In this document: in pieces, positions 49,101 through 61,888 of the stretch
Position numbering within the stretch: position 1 is the stretch's first letter
How the letters are laid out: each line of letters opens with the position of its first letter
Source of the DNA: Botryllus schlosseri
Taxonomy: Eukaryota
Direction: 5' to 3'
Length of the DNA: 64,000 bases
Assembly (NCBI GenBank): GCA_051294905.1
Contig: CM119371.1
Location: 30,258,001-30,322,000 of the forward strand
Translations under genes and position numbers: made by a program
The notes under the pieces: generated by a model
Database searches by the model: none
The model's input: only the letters and a program-made list of their open reading frames with translations
Told to the model about the DNA's origin: nothing

Positions 49101-52100
49101 AGTCGACTTATTAGTACATTGTAAGGTACATTTGGTAATTTCCCTCGGTTTCGAATACCAAACTGGGTCGTTTTGAAGGAGGGGTGTTCAATTATTTTTA
49201 CTATTCAGTGTTTTCAATGCTCTGCGGTGGAGTATATACAATTATACATGGCCAACAACAGGTTAAATAAGTCTGCAAAGCCTACCTAAATAGTCGAAAA
49301 AAGCACAAAATACTTCGTTACTGAACGCCTCTGATTAATGAATAATAAATACTTCCTCACCCCAACAAGAAAATCTGACAAAGACAAACTTAAAATCAGG
49401 CGATTGCTGATTTCAACGCGAGTCGTAAGTTTACTGGTATTTTTCTTGCCACTCCGGATGATGATGCTACGAGCTGTCAATCCAAATACAGCAGCACATC
49501 CAAATACCGCGGCCAAGCCTGAAGAAACAAGAGTGCAATGCTCCATATCAGGGGTAGGCAGACCTGCTTCATACGCGAGCCGCACAACAAATGTCTCAGT
49601 TTTAAAAGAGCCACAACACAAAAATTCAAAAATACGTCTCCACCCGGGCTGCAAGGTGTTTGAAATCAGGCGGATATAACGTTAAAGCAGTGCGGAGCAG
49701 TTCCTTGAGTGCCGTTGAACATTTAAGGAAGATTTCAGCTCGGTAATCATACTGCTCCCTAAATCTGTCTTCGTTGGGTACTCTTGGCAAGGTTTTGTTG
49801 TTTGCTTTCGTAATGACGTTGCAAGTTACTGGCATTGCAATTATTGAGCGAATCCTGACATCTAAGATGCAGTGGCTTACGTCCGTCATCACTCAATGCA
49901 AACTCGTCCTCCCATTCTGTTTTAAAGTTCTATTTTCCTGTTCATACTTGGATTTCTTGCAACCATCGCTCAACCACATTTTCCTGACCGAACCTTGCGG
50001 TTATTGCTAGCTTTTATAATTCACATCGAATAGCCGTAATCACCATTGTTAGCCAGGAAATGATTGTGACCTGCGCTACCGTGATTAATTATTATCAAGC
50101 TCATTGCTGAACACATTGATTTATCATTGATTGATGACCTGACCATTAGGGCTCTTCAAAAATGACCTTTTTTCTCAAATCGTAATCGCTACTTGATAAA
50201 ATTGTTAGGTTACCTAATTTAAGCCTACACACCAAATTTGGTTCAATTCCAACCAGTAGCCGCATTGCTACAGGAGAAGAAAGTTTCCATTTATTATATA
50301 AAAATAAATAACAAAAAATCTGAAAATTTTCTGTTCACCCCATGAAAGTGTTAGGTTGTCTATAAAAACGATGTTCACCAAATTTGGTTCAATTCCAACC
50401 AGTGGAAGCGAAGTTACTGCCGTCGAAAAATTTTGATTTGAATAAAATAGTATTTACGGTGAGCACAACTATAATAAATAAACAAAGAATCGGTCACCGT
50501 AAATACCATTTTATTCAAATCCAAAATTTTTCGACTGCAATAACTCCTCTTCCACTGGTTCAAATTGAACCAAATTTGGTGAACACCGTTTCTATAGACA
50601 ACGTAACGCATTCATGGGGTGAACAGAAAATTTTCAGATTTTTTGAAAAAAAAAGTCATTTTTGAAGAGCCCTACTGACCATGCACCATCGTTGCGGGTG
50701 AAACGTTAATGTGAGCTCGATTCGAGAGTTCAATTGCAAAGTTCTAACCCTGTAGTCCGACAGCCCACAGTTCCCTAACTTTTACGAGTGTTACGTAACA
50801 CATGGGCATGGGCAAACAACACAAAAACAATACGCATATTGTTGATACGTGATATAATGCAGCAATATATAATCAGGTTGTACTTGCATCTCTCTAACAA
50901 AATAGCAAAACGTATGTGCACTGTGCAATCAAAGATCCGCTATCAAAGGCTGAAAGAGCTGCAGTTTGCCCACCCCTGGTCTAAATGATCCTATAAAAAG
51001 CCCTTTTTTGTCGTGATTATGAATTAAATTACGTTAGGTTATGGATAAGCAACACGTGAACTACGATCCCAACACAGTACATTCCTGTGATGAAAAGATA
51101 CATCTTCACCCGTAGCCTATATCATCTAACGACTTCTATCAACATCTCAATAGCAATATCAGCTTACTAATGATCCAAGCCACAGCAAGGACAGCTTTGT
51201 TCGCAATCATAGATTGTTCGTCCGAGAACGCGCTGTTAATGCAACCTGGTTGGCATTCGTCAGATCCCGCCTCGCAGTCTTGGACTCCATCACATATCTG
51301 AAATCAAGACGGGTCTTTGGGTACATAGCTACGCATTACGCACTCTTTCCATAAATTAATAAAGTTTATCATCGTACGGCATGAAACCAATGTCTGTGGT
51401 TGAGTGATACCTACTGGACAAAAGACAATTTGGACATACTGTGTAGTCTCGGGTATACAAATACACCACACCTGTATAAAACTAGCAATGTAGATTAGTT
51501 GTCGGCCAGCTAACAACTTGCTTCTAAGTAGTTCTAGTTCTAGTTGCAGATTTTGAAAAGTGAGTAGTTTTAGTTCTAGTTGAGCGCTTAACTCAAAATT
51601 AGTTGTCGAACCAATAGAAAACACATGCCATCGTTTGTTGTGAAAGGTATTACCGTTGCTCTATTATGTGATGATTTTGCGGCCATTGCTATCTCAGAGT
51701 CATCACTACACACAGTGGCGTAACCAGAGTGCGATTTGGGGGGGGGGGATGGGGGCCAAGTCATTTCACACTCAAAACCAGGGAATTTTTAAACGTCAAC
51801 TCTACATCCGTTATTTCCTAGCTAATTTGCAACTAAGTAATTCATATTATTCGCCCCGGAATTGAATCTGGTTACTTATGTTGTAGTAAGTTGGTTGCGG
51901 ATTGTTAAAAGGTCGTTAGTTCTAATTCTACTTCTAGGCGTGAGTTTTGAAAAGTTAGTAGTTCTAGTTCTAGTTTAGTTGCGCGTTTTACAACGTGGGT
52001 AGTTTCAATCTCATTTCTAGTCGCGCATTTTGAAAATTTAGTATAGTTTGTAGTAGTCGCGAATAGAGCTGGTCACAATGATTCGAGTACTCGAGTATTA

Positions 52101-55100
52101 ATTTTAATGATTCGAGTAGTAAAATACGATTTTTCGAGTACTGAAATTATATACTCCTCGCCACTGAAAATTAATTATCAACGTGAAATATAGTTTTGAT
52201 ACTATTTTCCCCTGTGGAAACCTTGAAATCCTGATTGGCCAAATCGCAGCATACGAAACGTACAGCACAAAGCTACCAACGTTACTGCAAATAACATATA
52301 TCCGGGACCTATCATCTGGAATGCATTACCACCACATATCCCTGGATTGCCTTATCATAGATTCAAAAAAGCCCTACTTGATCACCTCTTGTCGTTACAC
52401 TCATAGGCGCCGACTTTTATTTTTGCATGGGGCGGCGGCAGGCGCGTAGTCAGGGGGTGTTGAAACCCCCTCCCTATAAAACGCAAAACCCCGTCCTTTT
52501 GAAATGACCATTCTGACGCTAATGTTCAGTTGCAATTCAGCAAGTCGTGTTACGAGGGCAAATCAACGAGATTCGTCTGTGCACGCATATCGCATCGCAC
52601 AATGTAACGCGACGCGATCTCCCGCTGAGACGATTGTGAAATTATGTCATTGATTACCACAGGTTTGGCATTCGTCGCTGGACTAAGCAGTAACCTGGCG
52701 CGACAATTCTGGGACACGAAAGACAGGCAAGAATGATGATTACAAACGCGCGCAGCCAATCAGTAATTATCCCTTACCGCCAGCGCAATGGGTTTTTACT
52801 TAGTATTGAGTAGCTCACATCGCGACAATTGGTTGCTGAATAAAACATCGATTTTGACTGCATTGCTGCATTTCCCGATTTACGTTCGCAAATCATAATT
52901 GGATTAATATTGTGGGCCCTGGAATAAATTCCAACTAGCAGGCACACACAGTAAAGGCCGTATCAGACGAGGCGATGCGGCGATGTCGGCCGATAATTTC
53001 TCTACTATCATGTGAGAGATCGTTGCACTTGATTAGTTTCAGAAGGCGTTGACCCGTTGCAGTTAAACCTGCTCGGGGATGATTGACATCTGCGAATCGG
53101 TTTTTTGTTGTTGTACAGGTCAGATACACTGTACAGTGTACAGTGTACAAGTACACACTACCGTATTATGATCAGTGATGGGCTGACGATTTTTTCGTTC
53201 AACTTGAAGTCAAAAGTCACGTCTGGTCAAAATTATCCAGAAACAAAGTAACAACTAGCCGAAAGTATTCGAAACTAATTCTGCAATATGGTTATGATGT
53301 CTGTCCAATGTGTTCATGCTGCAATGTCTTGTCGAATGAAACCTTCTCGGAACCATGGTAGTATTGGATTTGTAAGGGTAGGTCAAAAAAGTTGAAAGTA
53401 GCACGAGTTTTCACTGCCATGATAGCTGTAGAAGAATGTGCGCGTGCTGGTGCTACTCGAAGGTGGTGGGTGCATCCGATTTTGCCACGCCGGCCTATAC
53501 TGGATAAATGGAGCAGCTCAATAATTTAGTACTACATCGCAGTAATTCGTTTCGCAATGCCTCGCCAGAAGGTCCGTCCGCCAAACGGCTTGAGCAAAAG
53601 TGACGCTATTCAAGTCTCGACACTGGTTTATATATGGATACGCATGAGCGCATCTCCCACTTCTCTCATCGCCGGCGATGTCGCCGACACTGTCAATTAA
53701 AATCGGCGGCGATTCGGCCGATGGCAGCGATGATGAAACAAACACTAACGCTCCGCCGACATCGCCTCGTCTGATACAGCCTTTAAACACTGTTCAACTT
53801 GCGCTCCGAGAATATTTCTCACGAAAATGGTTCACTAAATATTTTAAACGCGGCTTGCGGCCCTCGTCGATGCAAATAATGCACTTTAATTTGTAGAAAG
53901 TGAACGGATATTTGGTCGTCAAATCGCGATAAGAGATGGTGTTTCTCAGAGCGCGCGATAAAATCTACGTTTCTAACGATGAGGTCGAATTTGTATATCT
54001 AATAAGGATCGTTAGTTTGCTGAAATCAGCATCAGTTTACTGTGCAAAATACATAGTAGTGATCAATTTTATCGGACTGTACATGTACAATCGGCCGGCA
54101 AGGTTGCGCTGATAACGAAATTGCAGACATGCCGCAAACCTGCAATAATTACAACTACTGGGTGCGCTATAGTCATACCTAAATACCCAGATTTGGCAAT
54201 GGCAACGAGCACAATTTGTTCAGACGCGGGCATAAGTTTTAATCAAAAAGAAGCATAAACACAAACAATATTACACTCAGAGATTGTTACTGTTTGGCGA
54301 AAGGGTTTCTTCGGACGGTAGTAGGCCTGCATGCGGACGCGCTAAATTAAACCACTGCCGATAGTGCACATGAGATATCGATGACCCATTTCGCATACAA
54401 ATGATTCTCGCTAATTTGCAGTACGCAGCATCGATAATACGAATTAGTGAATTGGCATTTCAAAAGGACTGGATTTCTAGTTTTAAATGAGAAACTCACT
54501 GGCTACGCACCCAGGGTTTTAATACCGACAACGCGCTGGTTAATATTAGCCAGGGGCCTACGGCATACGTAAGTCCCGATCAGCCAGTCGAATTTGATCG
54601 TGAAATGGTGCGATTTTAATTATCCAGGTGTTATTGCAGCAAGAGCAATATGGGCGCGTGCCGCAACCTTATCAATAGAAATACTAATCCCGATGGTTTG
54701 AAATTCGATCCGCGACATGGTTGCGCCCGATAGAGTCCGTCCAGCGAAGTTGGTTGGAACATAGAAGGTTCCCGCTCAAACTAATCGAATAAATTCAGAA
54801 TTTTCGCCACCGAGGATCTCTTGTTGCATCAATATTTGACACCATAATTCAACGCCGTGCACTGCACAATGCGCAGTTAGAATAACAAATCAAACACTGA
54901 TAATTGTCTTCGAGGGAATACGAGTGTATAAAGCAGACAAGAATTAGTAGCCGAGAGATGATAGCAAACGAGAAATCGTGTATCTAATCCAGGGGTGGGC
55001 AAACTACGGCCCGTGGGCCACATGCGGCCCGCAACACCGTTCTGCGCGGCCCGCGAGAGTCTAAAGAAACTTGGTAAAAATATTGATAAAATGCGTACTA

Positions 55101-58100
55101 AAAATCGAATTAATGCAGGGCCTTGATTAAACTTTTTCTTAGTATATATCCCCATGATAATTCTAAGGCAGTGGTTCTCAAACTGGGGGCGTGAAAGCAT
55201 CTGAAGGGGGCGCGAAGCTGAGCTCAACTGAGAACTTTTTTCGCGCCCAGCGCGATTTCCATCCAATACATAGTTAGTGTTCTGTCATTAGTCTCAATTT
55301 CATATTTAAAAATATCTCATCCACAGTCGTAACCTTCCATGGCAATAAACTATCCGTTAGTTTTGCTAGCATCCTGGTTGCGTCTTGTGATATAAGATAT
55401 GACGATAACGGGGAAGCGAAATCCTTCACCATGATAAGGGGGGGGGGGGGGGGGCGTGTCTTAAAAAGTTTTAGAACCACTGTTCTAAGGTAAATACTTC
55501 CTATATTATTTTTTATGTTTTATTTCTGGCGCGACAGCCCGATTTCAAGGCCCACGCAGTTTGAAAGGTTTCAACTGCTTAACATCACAGAAATCCTAAA
55601 CGAGATTGACATATTTCGGATCACGAGTGTGATTTCATATGGGCCCCTCCAGTTATATTTATTTCAGTGATGTGCTTAATAAAAACGATTCGAGCGTGTC
55701 TTAGGTAAATTCGTTCTCTGTATGCGTAGAATTAGGGTATTTATATTTTATCTAATCATAGCAGAAACGTGTTTGAAGCTAACATGGTTACGACGCTGTC
55801 AGCATTGTGTGTCCTGGAACTGAACCAAAAGTAGAATTAGTAAATTTATGAACAAATCGCTGCTCACAGATTTAAATTTTAATCCTGTTCTAAGAATTGG
55901 GACAACCGACTTTCATCTCTATAGTTTTAACAAATTGGTTATTGAGGTCGACCAGCCTATGAAATCTCCCCATTGTTTCTGACGCGTGAACGATATCATC
56001 AAAGCAATGTTTGGTTTGTTTTAAATAAGCTATAAACACATATATTATCTCCATGTCCTCACTATATAATCAAATACCAATATTGAGTTTTAGTTTATAA
56101 TCTCAATTTTACATAGTGCGGCTCGCGATTGGATTCAGATGTTGAATGCGGCCCGCGAGCTCAAAAGTTTGCCCACCCCTGATCTAATCAGTAATTCCTC
56201 AACTTGCGTATAGCACAATGGGGTTCCGAGTCTGACATCACGTCAAGTGTTTGTAATTGAATATTTGCGCACTTTGAGCAGGAATGACTTTCAATTCGCA
56301 GGCATACACTAACACACTTTCCTATTTCGCGGTCTAATTAAAAAGACTATCACGAAACTAAGTCAAGATTTATTTTGTACACGAATATGCGCGCAGAGAC
56401 AATTTAATTGAGAGAAGTAGAACGTGAATCCGCTGGTCCAGTAGAGAGAGCTGGTGTTTCTCAGAGCACGCGTGTCGAAATCAACGTCGTAAACGAGGTA
56501 CCTTCGATTGTATATGATTACTAATCACGGATTACAATTTATTGGGGCGTTTTAAGCATTAGTTTAAGCTGCGTATTCAATTATTCGCGCGCGTATCGGT
56601 TAATAATAAATAGTTGGCACTTACGCGATAATCACAGACTCGCTAATTGACAGCACAGACGGCGGACGTTTAAGCATTTTGTATGGGGTGGCCGCCACCC
56701 CATAATTATGTCATGGGGTGGCTGCGCCACCCCACCACCCCGTAACTCGGCGCCTATGGTTACACTAACACTGTTGCCCTACCTCGCCCAGACATTGCTT
56801 CATTGATCATTTGCTACCATCGTTTAATTTTTCTTCTATTTTATTTTTTTAACTACTGTAACCTTTTTTACAGCCAGACTGTTTAGAGTCAAGTGTACCT
56901 GTTTTATGCTGGTGTGATCAGACTAGGTGACCTTCACGGTCTTATCGATAATTCCTATCTAATACCTAATACTGTGCAAGCATATTTTATGTACCACCAC
57001 CACTGCCGTGTGTTATGTATTTTGGTTGGATGAAAATAAAGACTCTCTCTCTCTCATGATCATCCCACAGTATTGCCACAAAGTGCAATAAAATAGGTAT
57101 GGCCGAAAATATACCAAAGTACATTTAATGTGATGAATAACAGGCATCATATTCTTTGCGGTGGCAAAAAAGGTACATATTTGAACTGTGACCAAAACCG
57201 TAACTGCCGCACCCAAACCCCCCAATAGAGGTGGGGCAGAGCTCGAAGGGGGCCCAAAATCATCTCGTGAATTACCATAAATTATAGACTCTCTTTTGAA
57301 TTTATGCAACGTTTTCACAATTTTTCCGCGCTGGGCGCGATTAAATGCTGCTAAATATCTTGGTTGTTGGGTACCCGTCTCCCAACAAAAAATACGCATG
57401 ATGTATAGAAATGGGCAATTATTCGGCGTCGGCCATTACCGCGCCACGACGCACCAAGACATATGAAGTTATAGGACATGTAACATGCGACTCCGAGAAG
57501 TGTGCCAGAACAATCAACAGCGAGAAGACCTTGGCCGAAAAGGACTGCCCGTATGCTGACTGAAATCTTCGATATATATACATAATAATACATATATGTT
57601 TAATTGTTCATAGGTGCCTAATTGGCTGGCGCCGAATGTTCCTGTCCTGGCGATCCGAACCCGACAAGACAAACGCCATCCAAAGGGGAAAATTATAAGC
57701 CAGTAAAGAAATACCAATTTGAAATCGTGTGCGTCTTTAGCATCATGTAACGAACTCATTATACCAGCGGGTCCGCCCGACGATGTTTAATTATTATTAT
57801 TTAGGGGTCCTACCTTTTTCAACACACCCCACTCAGCTCTACCGGTAAATCTGATTACGTGAACAGAGAGAGGATAAAAAATTGATAGCAATATATATGC
57901 AATTCCTGATCATATTTACCGATTCAATCATTACCAACCAAAAATTTTGGCGCTTGGCGCGTTTAGACGATATCAGCTATATCTCTAAATAGCACACCCA
58001 ATTTAGCTGACGGGTTGCGGCCAAAAACGCATAGCCTTAGGGGATCTGGGGGCCAAGCCCCCTGAAGTTCGGTTTATCACCCTATGGGGGCCCAGGACCA

Positions 58101-61100
58101 GCATTTTTTTGGGAGGGGGGTGGGGCTGACGAAGTGCTGTTACGGTCCTGACTATGAAATAATATGTTCTGCTATAACGTCATAATGGGTGATACTGCGA
58201 TAATCGACTCGAAGCATATTGCGTGATCCAGATTCGAATCACTCAGGTACTCGATTTTGCCCAGCACCAGTCGCGAATACACATATTTTCACAGTGCAAC
58301 CGCAGGTATGTCAAAATAGTCAGTGTTGGTTAGGGTTACCATGCGTGCTTCTTTAGGACGATTTGTCCTCCTTTTTCAAGAAATGTCCTCCGATTTAGTT
58401 TAAATACCAAAAAAGACCAGGAATGACGCGAAATGTGGGGCGAATTAACGAGAGACGGGTATTCCGAGAAACTTCGAAAAACGATCTTTTTTATATTTAT
58501 TTTTAGTCAACCCGTGTAACACAAGTTAGAGACGGGTATTTCTGGAGTCGAGTCGGAAAAATGACTATTTTTTCTAGACAATTTTAATGACTTTAGCTGC
58601 ATAAATTTGAAAATCACCAGTTACTGACCAACATTGATAATACAATCGATTGAAGTAAGTATACTTACTGCTTCGTCGGAAATATAACTCAAACTGCCAG
58701 CATCATTACAATAAAAATGGGAGCAATTGCGCTCGTCTGAGCCATCCGGACAGTCCTGAAAATGAAAAGAAGACCGCTGTTAACAACATCCACTATTCGA
58801 TGTATTTAATAGGGTTACGTTTAGTCCGTCGCATATCTTTCCCGGTGAGATATTCGGCAATGGCTCGTCTTGTGAGCAGTAGAACCTGTGAGGATGACAA
58901 CGATTTGATGTTGGTCAGGGATGTGTAACTGCGCAACAACGCGCCCTTTTTGAAAAGCAAGTTAGACGTGAGCAACGAAGTAAAAGCGCGGGCTTTCTAG
59001 CAGCTGCAAGGTCCGCCATATTATTGAGAATTGGCGATGCTCATCAATTAAGTTTGCTACGGGACTACACATACTAACATCAGGCTGATGTAAAATCGTG
59101 AAGGGGTGAATGAAATTCAGGCTATATCGTAAAAGATTTGTCAACAATATACATGTGGAAAAGAAAGCACATGCATATTTGATCTTATATCCAGCGCGTG
59201 GGACCAAGGTACACTGCAAATCCATTTCTCGGGTGACACATCCCTCAAAATCGGCTCTTCCGCCTGGGACGCAAATTATTTCGGCTGGTACCACGGTGTC
59301 AATGTTTATATTTAGTTATGCTACATATAGGTGTAGGATTTACGTGAATATTGGTGAATCCATAAGCGATTCAAAATATTGGATATAAAGGATGTGAAAT
59401 GCGGAGTGCAATGTTCATTGTACGTTCGACATTCAGAGTCGCAATTTGTACATGCAGTAGGGGAGATGTGGTACCGATGGATCAAAAACCGCAAAATGAT
59501 ATCTGGCCCTAAAATCTTTAGCCGGGAATAGCAGATCTTTTGCTGTCTCAACACTTCGATACAAGCTCTACCTATCGCGGACATTTACATGAATATCCGC
59601 CTTTTCACAAAATATTTATAAACGTTTAAAATTTGTTGCTCGAACGTGTCATCGGTCCCCACCCGGTGGGTCCAAAGGCACACGACCATGGGACCAATGA
59701 GACATACGCTCAAAAACTCAAATTTGTTAACTTGTTTTGTTGTGTACTATGAGCTAAGCTACAGAAAGCCAATGAAGAATGTTTCGTCGCGACCTTTAAG
59801 AATAAAATTGATTATATCAACTCAAATGTTGGCGTAAAATAATGTTTTGATTTACGCCTAAACTTACAAAATTAATGCCACATACATATTACCCGCAAAT
59901 CGACATTTTGACTTTCAAATACCTCGTAATAGCGATAAAACACCACAGGTAACTGTAATTTACAGCCTATATATATGTAGGCGAGTTTCTGTTGCTAAGT
60001 GATTAGTTGGTCCATCTATTTTGCTTGATTTGGCTATGGTACCATAGGTCCCCCACCCCATGAATATTGTAATTCACTTGAAAATAGTCCACTCGAGGAT
60101 GGTATTGATTCAAAAAATATGTGCCATTATATACCCTGATACAAGCCCTATACTTCACATCAATAATTATGGCGGGTTTGTTAGTCTGAAAGGTGATATA
60201 GAAAAATGAAAATGTCGATCCAAATTTACTTTAGACCCCCTAAAACGTAAATCATTCGTCACAGACCCCATAACTCACGAAGGTTGAATTTTTTGCATGT
60301 GAGGAAAGATTCTGTCAGCATGTAATTGTAGACAAATTCCCGGAGTGTAATCAAGGAATTATCATGGAGAATTTTTCAAGTATTTTCGGTCCCTGTGATC
60401 CATCGGTACCACATCTCCCCTATGTGCTGTGCAGTGTACACTGTACAGTTTGTACACTGAACGTTGAACATTGGACAAGTGCACAAAATTAGAATCAGCG
60501 CCGCGAGTAGAGTGAAACACGAACACGTTTATTGGATATAAGGCCTGCCGGTTTCAAAATCATCCGCCTGGTTCTCAAACTTCGGTGCGCGTACCACTTG
60601 TGGAACTTGAGACCTTTTCAAGTGGTACGCGAAGCGCGCGGCGATTTTTATCGTATTTAGTCTATAATTTGCTGTCCTTTGCAATAGATAAAACTATGTT
60701 GATGAAATCACGTTGATATAATCACGTTGATCGTATTGCGCAATGCAAACACAAACAAGCAACTGATGACATTGACTAACTAGGCTACTAGGGCTAATCG
60801 GAGTATGATTCCTCAGTATAGCAAGGAAGATAAGTTATAAGCATGTCGAAACGAGATAATAGTCTGTAATCGAGATCATGCCATGACATATGCAAAGGCC
60901 TTCCTGTCCATTAAGTTCGAGATCCGGAATCGTCATATTGAGTCTGGACATGATGTCTGATTTACTACGAATATTGTTATAGCCTACCCCGGATCAGGGG
61001 TCGCCAACCTTTTTGGCCAGAGAGCCACATGAGATTTACGACTAATTGCGTAGGCCACTTGAATGCTGATGGCCTTTTTCTAGTCGTCCGATAGGAGCGA

Positions 61101-61888
61101 ACCAGATTAGGTAACGGCGAAAACAAGACTTTACGCAGCAATGGCGATATAGCGTGATGGTGGTGGTATTATCCCCAGCTGCGACACCAATGGGCTGCGG
61201 GTTCGAGTCTGATCGAGGTCGACTCCCGAATTTCTACCTCAGTGTTGGAGGTGCATTTAGTCTCCTCCTCGCCAGCTTATCCGTGTAAGCCAAGTCTTAT
61301 AAAAGCCTAGAAGCGGGCCGTGCTACAAGTCGGCATTTACGGAATAAAAATGAAGAAAGTTGGCCTGATTTAAATGACCATAGTAGTCGACAAACACCAT
61401 GAATACCACATTCAACAACTAAACATCAAATTCGATAACAATTATGCCATGAAAACTCTGTGTGCATTCTAGTCCTAGCCACGCAGAGCGCGACAATTTT
61501 TCAAAAGTAGCTAGTTTGAAAAGGACAGGATGATTCGTCGCGTCATTCAGGATCCAGCTATTACGCAGACGCTGGGTAGTAAAACAAATTAGAGGTAGGG
61601 CCTACACGAAAGGAAATAGTTCGAGTAACACTGCTTTAAAAACTGATCTGCGATATGTGTGACCATCATATCATGTGTTTGGTATTGTTTTGCGATAACG
61701 CCAATGGTGGATTTCCCGCAGTGTAAAATGTATACGAGTGATGTACAAACTTCCATCGCAGTCATTTTCCAAAGTCTATGACCGACCTAAAGTAGCAGCC
61801 TCGCTCGTCTCCCAGGTTGTCACAGAACGCAACTCCGTCACAAACCGAAGCTTTTGCAACCCTTCTTGTTTGATTATTGCGAAGGCAC
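43200..61888 (-). CDS. LDLa-repeat class-A GPCR (RXFP/GRL101-related 7TM) lacking LRRs, 5' incomplete. Exons: 61888-61787, 58885-58819, 58755-58669, 51297-51168, 49518-49361, 48487-48306, 47560-47435, 45478-45380, 45318-45100, 44686-44529, 43531-43200
   Basis: Phase-consistent GT-AG exons. LDLa motifs VCDGVAFCDNLGDERGC, ICDGLNDCPDGSDERNC, ICDGVQDCEAGSDEC. TM motifs LSLSDFLVG, WRSSGACSALG, GYYSSHTVCLP, SDFLCWMPI, IPINSALNPLLY. Confidence 0.88.
47047..47312. mobile_element. hAT MITE with AAGTAG arrays
   Basis: Ends CAGAGGTGGTCA...TGACCCCCTCTG; perfect TSD CAAATCTC. Confidence 0.88.
47820..48050 (+). mobile_element. 5'-truncated tRNA-derived SINE, family A
   Basis: GGGTTGCGGGTTCTAGTCCGACCGAGGTCGAC...ACACCATGAATAACAAACAACAAC tail. 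Confidence 0.8.
50147..50674. mobile_element. hAT MITE (TAGGG termini), internally palindromic
   Basis: TIR TAGGGCTCTTCAAAAATGAC...GTCATTTTTGAAGAGCCCTA; perfect TSD CTGACCAT. Confidence 0.92.
54990..56181. mobile_element. Charlie-like hAT MITE nested in 52402-56758
   Basis: TIR CAGGGGTGGGCAAAC...GTTTGCCCACCCCTG; perfect TSD ATCTAATC. Confidence 0.92.
55169..55482. mobile_element. Charlie-like hAT MITE nested in 54990-56181
   Basis: TIR CAGTGGTTCT...AGAACCACTG; perfect TSD TTCTAAGG; related copy starts at 26102. Confidence 0.9.
57193..58150 (-). mobile_element. Non-autonomous hAT element, CAGGGCCGTAAC family, copy 3 (inverted)
   Basis: Reverse-complement similarity to copies 1 and 2; ends GTTACGGTCCTG; TSD ACTGTGAC/ACTATGAA (6/8). 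Confidence 0.8.
59460..60420. mobile_element. TA-flanked non-autonomous element (Tc1/mariner-pogo type)
   Basis: Perfect 25-bp TIR GGGGAGATGTGGTACCGATGGATCA; TA on both sides. Confidence 0.82.
61142..61418 (+). mobile_element. tRNA-derived SINE, family A
   Basis: TGGCGATATAGCG...GGTTCGAGTCTGATCGAGGTCGAC...AAACACCATGAATACC. Confidence 0.85.

Larger units (their letters stand above)
52402..56758. mobile_element. Non-autonomous hAT element nested in 52064-58269
   Basis: TIR CATAGGCGCCGA...TCGGCGCCTATG; perfect TSD GTTACACT. Confidence 0.88.
52064..58269. mobile_element. hAT MITE (CGAGTA arrays) expanded by nested insertions
   Basis: Ends TAGAGCTGG...CCAGCACCA; perfect TSD GTCGCGAA. Confidence 0.8.

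Noticed and set aside
58962..59294. 110-aa minus-strand ORF as a GPCR exon
   Set aside because: No recognisable motif; the flanking LDLa exons (61787 to 58885) join in phase without it.
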